NCBI GenBank assembly: GCA_964016885.1
Contig: OZ024740.1
Coordinates: forward strand, 229,896,001 to 229,960,000
Direction: 5' to 3'
DNA from: Eledone cirrhosa
Taxonomy: Eukaryota
Length of the DNA: 64,000 bases
In this document: piece after piece, positions 54,891-64,000 of the stretch
Position numbering within the stretch: the stretch's first letter is position 1
How the letters are laid out: each line of letters opens with the position of its first letter
Translations under genes and position numbers: made by a program
The notes under the pieces: model-generated
The model's database searches: none
The model's input: the letters and a program-made list of their open reading frames with translations, nothing else
Told to the model about the DNA's origin: nothing

Positions 54891-55567
54891 CTGTTCATTA
54901 AGCTTTGATCAGCTGTGATCAAGAAGATCTTTAATGTTTAGTTTATCAACGCTTATTTCATTAGCCAATTGTTTGCTTTCAAGAAACCACTGGTAAATGA
55001 AATAATTATCTTATGTTGTTTATTACATAACTATATATATATATTAGTTTTGCGAGGATTTTGATATGAAATCGTGTGTCGAAACAAATATTGTTATACT
55101 TGGGGAGGGTCATATTTGTGTAATAATATTGCCAGAATTAATAACAGAACACACTCACTGTTTGGTTGGTTTTCGCTTCTGTGTCTTTTATATCGGTTAA
55201 TTTAATTTATTCGGTCCTCAATGTTGCCATTGACTGACCAACGGTCAAAAATACAGATATAATATAGACACAAACACATATATATAGTCTATCAAAGTTC
55301 TTTCGTTGCACATCTGCAACATCGTCAGTGGTGCTATTATGTTTCCTCCCGTTGCATTGTATGCTTACGCCATCTTTATTTAGTCTGTTTATTTATTTAT
55401 TTATTTGTTTATTTTTTGTCTTCTCTGCGCATGCGTTTGCGTGTGTGTATAGTGTTTTATTTGATGTGTGTTCTTGTTTGGGTGACTGTGTATTGGTTAA
55501 TGTATTCTATCTTAGTTTACTAGTGTGTGTTTATATGTGTTTGTTGTTATTGTGCTTGTGTATGTAT

Positions 55568-55602
<35 letters not shown>

Positions 55603-55854
55603 TACTTCTCTTTGTTGTTGTTTGTTTAGGTGTTGTTGTTATTCCATTCATTTTTTCTGTTTAGCCTTGGCCTTCTAAGTTCTATTTCGCTGGCCTCTCT
55701 GATTTGCCTATCTGCTGGGTCATTTCTATGTTTAGATATTATTCTAACTTCTATGTTGTCTATGTTACCGCTGCGTTATTGTCTGGCATGTTCGTATAGT
55801 ACTGAACGAACTATACGAACATGCCAGACAACAACACAACGGTAACATAGACAT

Positions 55855-55908
<54 letters not shown>

Positions 55909-55917
55909 GGTGGGGGT

Positions 55918-55976
<59 letters not shown>

Positions 55977-56088
55977 AATCAATTTCTAGTTGATGTAAAA
56001 TGCTCGGATCTATTCATTGGAATCTTTGAGCATATTCTACAGTTGATATGGCGCATGTCTCTCAGACATGACACCCTTAATTTAATTT

Positions 56089-56131
<43 letters not shown>

Positions 56132-56132
56132 C

Positions 56133-56332
56133 CTGGAGTTGCGACCGATGGATTGTATTAGCAATTGGAAAGACCAATGGAAACATTGTTTTCTCAGTCC
56201 GATTTGACGAAAGTCGATCGTTCCAATATATAATAGAAAAAAAGAGGAAGTTGTGTCGCATCACTAGTCTGAGGAGCAGATCGATACTGGAGTCGGGTCC
56301 ATAACTCCTATGGGTCACATTGAGCCAATCAT
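56133..56332 (-). CDS. Candidate 200-nt internal exon of a host gene
   Basis: tgtttcacag acceptor, cag/gtatta donor, non-repetitive open frame DWLNVTHRSYGPDSSIDLLLRLVMRHNFLFFSIIYWND...SQLQ, phase 1 to 0. Confidence 0.5.
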
Positions 56333-56393
56333 CTGTGAAACACGCGGAACAGGTCGATACGCAATACATATTTTTCATATGTAAAGGAAACTT

Positions 56394-56564
<171 letters not shown>

Positions 56565-56947
56565 CTAAACAGAAATAACAAAACAACAACACTGTACAAT
56601 GAAGAAATATATTAATTTAACGCTTGAAATAATAGAAAAAAGTCTTAACGTTTCGGACACTAATCCTTCATCAGAAGATTCTTTCGTCAAACATTCTGTG
56701 ACCTCCTCAATAACTCTGTTTGCTGTTGTGCCTCCCCTTCTTCCTGGTCTTAATCTGCTACTCCATCTTGTCTTTTTCAATATGAAACGGTAGACTAGAG
56801 GGTAAAGATAAAGTGAAAATCATATGGAGTGTGTGTTTCTTTTTATTGATAATACTAACAACATGGCCATCCCCAAATATAACAATATTGGTTTCAATAC
56901 GCGATTTCACATCAAGAATCTTGCAAAACAAACACATAAACGTAACA

Positions 56948-56991
<44 letters not shown>

Positions 56992-56994
56992 CAT

Positions 56995-57040
<46 letters not shown>

Positions 57041-57169
57041 ACATTATTATTTATAGTTATGTATATACTATATACAACTATAAACAGGAAAAGTCAGTAA
57101 TTTATTACTACCTTATTATCAGTAAGAAAAAATAGCTCAATGTAAATACATGAGATGTTTTACAGAGCC

Positions 57170-57331
57170 GGAATATAAATTACCCAATAATCAAAGCATT
57201 TTATTGCTGACAATCGTTTCTTCCGAACTATATGTACAAACATTGCTACTGATCCGATGATTCCAAACGATAGTTTGGAAGAAACGATTGTCAGCAATAA
57301 AATGATTTGAACATACTTTGATTATTGTGTA

Positions 57332-57336
<5 letters not shown>
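57170..57336. mobile_element. Fold-back cassette with damaged HHR (57242-57298 +)
   Basis: attgct..ctgatccgatga-ttccaaac gata gtttggaa-GAAA-cgattg-TC-agcaat. Confidence 0.65.
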
Positions 57337-57420
<84 letters not shown>

Positions 57421-57421
<1 letters not shown>

Positions 57422-57620
57422 AGTTAGGACTGAGTTAGGCTGAGCTCCGGCCGTTTCGACAGCTAGAAACCGATCTAGCTAGTCCGGATCTAGCTGTCGA
57501 AACGACCGGAGTTCATCCGTCGGGGTCCTGCCTCTTTTTCTATTACCCACTTTACTACCCTAAGTATCGCGTACTCTGGTGCGTTATGGTCCACCAGGTT
57601 TCTTACCACACTTTCTTTGA
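57421..57620. mobile_element. Diverged family D fold-back cassette
   Basis: ggctgagctccggccgtttcgacagctag / ctagctgtcgaaacgaccggag; TA-flanked. Confidence 0.75.
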
Positions 57621-58228
57621 TATATATATATATATATATATATATAGTAAAATTATATAAATAGTAAAATGCTAGCAGAAAACCACCATTCGGGTGGTTT
57701 TCTGCTAGCATGTGTAGTGTGTATATTGATATTATACGCAAATATCTATACACATAGATATGATACATCAAATGAAATCATAATTGACAATATAGACAGA
57801 AATTAAACGAAGTCTGTGTAATCAGTATAATAATCCATGATACATTAAAAAAAAAGACGCTATTATATATAAACTGCATTAGGAAAAAAATTAGTGACGG
57901 AAATATATGAATAAGCGATCGCTAACCGGAAGTGTTGACATTTGAAAATTCTGAAGAAGTGAATCTTAGAATAAGCAATAAAATTATTTATATTTAATCA
58001 AGAATTACGAAATTTAGTACATATATTATGTAATATTCCTTTATTATTTATTCAAAGTAATCCAACTTATTTTACAAACGGGATAAAGAAAATATATTCT
58101 CGACGCAGTCCCGCAGTCATTTCTTTATTATAGTTTAGATTGAGAAAGAGAAGACAAAGGAAAAGAAGACCAACGAAAATAAGGCAGAACGATAAAAAAA
58201 CATGGACTTAGGCAGTTTCGATGCCTAC

Positions 58229-58289
58229 CAACGGTACTGTTTGTATACACGGGGTCACAGTGTCTGACATACAAGCTAAAGCGCTGTCC
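58229..58289 (-). CDS. Candidate 61-nt exon (GQRFSLYVRHCDPVYTNSTV)
   Basis: ttttgtcctgtcttttacatcag acceptor, g/gtaggc donor, phase 0 to 1, in frame with 56133-56332. Confidence 0.42.
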
Positions 58290-58494
58290 CTGATGTAAAA
58301 GACAGGACAAAACATTAACTTAAAGCCATATCCGGTACACATGAGATTTCATATGACGACAATGTGAAAATACGGTATCTGGGATGAAATATGTGATAGC
58401 ATGAATAAATAAATCAAGAAAAGACACTATTTCTCCATTACACTTGCACCCCCATCACAATATCACCTCTGACCCCACCATATATTGAATTCTT

Positions 58495-59330
58495 AAAACA
58501 CACACACACAACACACATATACACACAAACACAACATACACACAAACACAACATACACACAACTCACATATACACACACACACAACATACACACAACACA
58601 CACACACAACTCACATATAGACACAAACACAACATACACACAACACACATACACATATACACACAAACACAACATACACACATATACAAACACAACATAC
58701 ACATACACATATACACACACAACACATACATACATCACAGACACACACACATACACAGCACACATACACACACAAACAGAACACAGACGCACACAACACA
58801 GACACACTCTCAACACAAACAGCACACATAACACACACAACACACACAACACATACGCAACACACACGCAACACACACAACAAACACACACACATCACAG
58901 ACAGACACACATCACACACATCACACACAACACACACAACACACACAACACACACAAGATAGACAGGCACACACAACACAACACACACAGTACACACAAG
59001 ACAGACAGGCACACACACAACACACACAACACACACAACATTCACAACACACACAACACACAACACACACAAGACAGACAGGCACATACACAACACAACA
59101 CAACACACACAACACACACAACATTCACATCACACACAACACACACAACAAACACAACACAGACAGGCACACACACAACACAACACACAACACACACAAC
59201 ACACACAACACACACAACATTCACATCACACACAACACACACAACAAACACAACACAGACAGGCACACACACAACACAACACACAACACACACAACACAA
59301 CACACACCACACACACAAGACAGACACACA
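58495..59330. repeat. (CA/CAA)n compound microsatellite
   Basis: Direct inspection. Confidence 0.95.
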
Positions 59331-59372
59331 GGTAAGACAGATAGAGAGAAAGAGAGAGGAGCATCAGCTCAC

Positions 59373-59444
59373 ATCCCACCACATTGCCAGATATGAGGTC
59401 ATTCATAAAAGGTATGAAGTCATTTATCAGTAAAATAAGCATTT
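59373..59444 (-). CDS. Candidate 72-nt exon, frame uncertain
   Basis: ctctctttgttcttag acceptor, t/gtgagc donor; unique island between two microsatellites. Confidence 0.38.
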
Positions 59445-59480
59445 CTAAGAACAAAGAGAGATGTTGACTACAATACCGTT

Positions 59481-61161
<1,681 letters not shown>

Positions 61162-61895
61162 CAAAGATTTACAAAGTATTTAGAATGTGGTGATTTGTCA
61201 GGGTATTTGGAGTGTAGACCAATATGTTGCTATATTTGTTGATATTCCCTTCATTCTGACTTCAAATCCTGCTGAGGTCTACTTTGCCTTTGACCCTATT
61301 TCGGGGGTCGATGAAATAAAGTATCAGAGCAGTGAAATAGCTAATTGATTATTACAACGTCAAACGAGATGCCTTACGGTTTTTGTTCCGGCACGTGTTG
61401 AAATCCCACAATGACCTGCTTGGATCGTAGATAGACTTAATATGTCGACCGGTTTATTTCCACCATCTCACCTTTCTATGTCTTTAACGGGATCCATACT
61501 GTTGTAAGTATTCCGATCCTAACTTGGGTTTGAGGGTACTCTTTCTCCTTCACTTGCACCAATCTCGAAGATGTTCCTCTTACGTGGGACGCCATTTACT
61601 TGTAATACAGAGAGATGGAGGCGTTGAGAGAGATGGAGGCGATGACAGTGTGAGTTGCGCTCTTCTGTGTTTGGACCTTGTGTGCAGCGTCAGTTGTCCG
61701 TAGGGAGGTAGAGATTCATATTTTTTTCCAATTCCACCCCACCCGTCCCTTCAATCTAAATAATTTCTCATTCTTTCTTCTGATGAAGGGCTAGCGTCAG
61801 AAACGTTAGGACCCTCTTCCTGGTATTTCAAGCGTTAACCTAATATATTCCTTCCATATACTGTACCTATTGTGCTGTTATTTCTGTTTACCTTT

Positions 61896-61933
<38 letters not shown>

Positions 61934-62261
61934 ATAAAGCACTCAACAAATAAACATATAATAGCAGTCATAACTACATAACAGGTAATCTTATAAAACT
62001 TATATAAAAAATTTGTTTAATAACATAAAGTGTGTATAACATAAAATTTCCTTTAATATCTTAACAATTGTAACAATTATATAACTAAATAACGTAATTT
62101 TCCTTCACGCTGCTTTGATATTAGATTGAAATGATTTTCTCTGATTTTATAAGATTCCTATATCTTAAATTAAAAAATCCTTTATATTTTGTATGTATAT
62201 ATTATATACGTAGTTAGATATGTATATATATTTTTATACGTGTGTATATATATTTATATGT

Positions 62262-62445
62262 ATGAAAGGCGTAAAATAAGAAAATTATAAAAATTAACTT
62301 ACTAACTAAAATTTCACTCCAACTAATTAGTTTCTCCATGTTCCATTCGGAAACCATGTTTATTCCCTTTCAGAAACTAATTAGTTGGAGTGAAATTTTA
62401 GTAAGTAAGTTAATTTTTATAATTTTCTTATTTTACGTCTTTCAT
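62262..62445. mobile_element. Fold-back cassette with HHR 3' half
   Basis: Arms 62262-62332 / 62372-62445; GAAA-ctaattag-TT palindromic stem III. Confidence 0.7.
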
Positions 62446-62795
62446 CCCCTTGCATTGAACCACAAAGTTACTAAGACAAAACCTATATATTTGCTAGCAT
62501 AGGTATGCATCTGTATATATATGTTGGTAGATATACTAATTCTTTATATTTATATGTATGTATTTTTGCGTGTGTATATGTGTTATATAATATATAGATT
62601 TTTAATAATATAGTCTTAATAATAATATATAGATTTCTTAATATATAGATCCCAATTTTTAATGTATTGATCTCAATATTTAACTGATTAACTAAACATT
62701 TAATCATATTTAAACAATGGTTAAATGTTTCATATTTTCCAACAGTAATGGTTGCATTCTTAAAGGGTATGTCAATATTTATTTATAAAACTGCT

Positions 62796-62875
62796 CTATA
62801 TTATATTTTATCTGATGAAAGCACACCATAATTTAACTTGGTGTCCTTGAAATATGTATAATGAAATAAATATGG
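62796..62875 (+). ncRNA. Type I hammerhead ribozyme in the pLTR upstream of the PLE ORF
   Basis: ctatattatattttat-CTGATGA(62812-8)-aagcacacca...tggtgtcctt-GAAA(62849-52)-tatgta-TA-atgaaataaatatgg; predicted cut after 62860. Confidence 0.85.
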
Positions 62876-63046
62876 TTTTATAAATATAGTTTCCATTTGT
62901 TAATATCGTATTTTTACTCCAATTATTTGTTGAGTGCTTTATATCAGTTATAAAAATATTTGCTTGTTGTATCCCAACAATTTAAATAGAACTTTTACAT
63001 ATATTCTGCTCCTGTATTGTCGAGCACTTTATATTATAACTGAAAA

Positions 63047-64000
63047 ATGGAATTATTTAAGATCTCTTCTTCTCTAAAGGACATACCTTTACCTAGGAAT
63101 AAAGATTTTATTAAACAATTAATAGAAAAATCAGACTCTTTTATGAGAAGAATCAGGTGGCGTGCTTTCCACTTCGATAAATCTAATCTAAATGAAAATG
63201 TTTTCCAATCTGGATAAAATCTTCAAATCTAAAAAAAAATCCACCCCCCAACAAACTACTAATGGAATTTGAAAATGAAATCATATCTATCATCCAAAGC
63301 ATCAAATTCAAAAACAACTTCAAAGGCCAGGATTACTTAAGAAATATTAAAAATAATATTGAAAACTTAGAGAAAACGGAGAAAATTCTAGTCAAATCTG
63401 ACAAAACCAGTAATCTTTACGGAATACAAAAGGACATTTATAACGATCTTATATTAAAGGAATTAAGGAAGAAATACAAAGTAGCAAATAATGACGACCT
63501 TGAAAAATTGAATACAGATGCCTCTTATATAATGCATGAACTAGGCATTGAAAATAAGACACAACCCTTTATGCCAAGGAAACCTAAGATTAATATGAAG
63601 GATCACAAAAGGAACTTTGTAACTGATATACCAGTCAGATTAATTGCACCATCTAAATCGGACCTTGGCAGACTTAGCAAAAATATTTTAGACAGAATAA
63701 TACCACAAATTAAGAATTTATCTTATTTAAAATTATGGAAAGGAACTAGTGAAGTTATCGATTGGTTTAAGGAAATTAAATATAACTATAATAATAAGTT
63801 TATTCAGTTGGATATTGCTAACTATTACTATCTATCACTCCTAATCTACTGAATAAAGCACTAACTTACGCATTTAAACATACAGACTTAACTAGCAATG
63901 AAATGCACATTATATTATCGGCACGCAAAACATTATTAGAATTTAATAACCAACTCTGGACTAGGGCAGATAGAAATAATAACTTCGATATAACTATGGG
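63047..64000 (+). pseudogene. Penelope-like reverse transcriptase, Naiad/Chlamys-like, frameshifted, runs off the window
   Basis: KDIPLP...LIEKSDSFMRRIRWRAFHF, LVKSDKTSNLY, MKDHK, PVRLIAPSKSDLGRLSK.ILD, FIQLDIANYY/SIT, FDITMG; frameshifts near 63215-63240 and 63830. Confidence 0.88.

Noticed and set aside
63850-63852. In-frame TGA as selenocysteine
   Set aside because: It is out of frame: a 1-nt deletion near 63830 shifts the RT, which continues in another frame to FDITMG.

Overview
AT-rich, repeat-dominated eukaryotic DNA. The SINE and microsatellite content suggests an octopod cephalopod (inference). Most ORFs in the track are microsatellite artefacts. Real content: a decayed PHD-APE-RT-RNaseH LINE (Ingi-like) in a CAA/CAG tract; RTE, Tx1-like and CR1/L2-like LINE remnants; several Penelope-like elements (PLEs: Neptune-like GIY-YIG fragments and a Naiad-like RT at the right edge); about 30 tRNA-derived SINE copies; a hAT MITE; a Helitron 3' end; minisatellites; and a few phase-compatible candidate exons of a minus-strand host gene. 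The most striking signal is a dense, diverse set of type I hammerhead ribozymes (HHRs), folded here by eye. Many sit in 150-300 bp fold-back (inverted-repeat) cassettes inserted in (TA)n. These cassettes carry an HHR on each strand, have family-specific fixed breakpoints, and show covarying cores (U3-A8) and a conserved C-C mismatch in stem II. No database searches or folding programs were run, and element boundaries are approximate.
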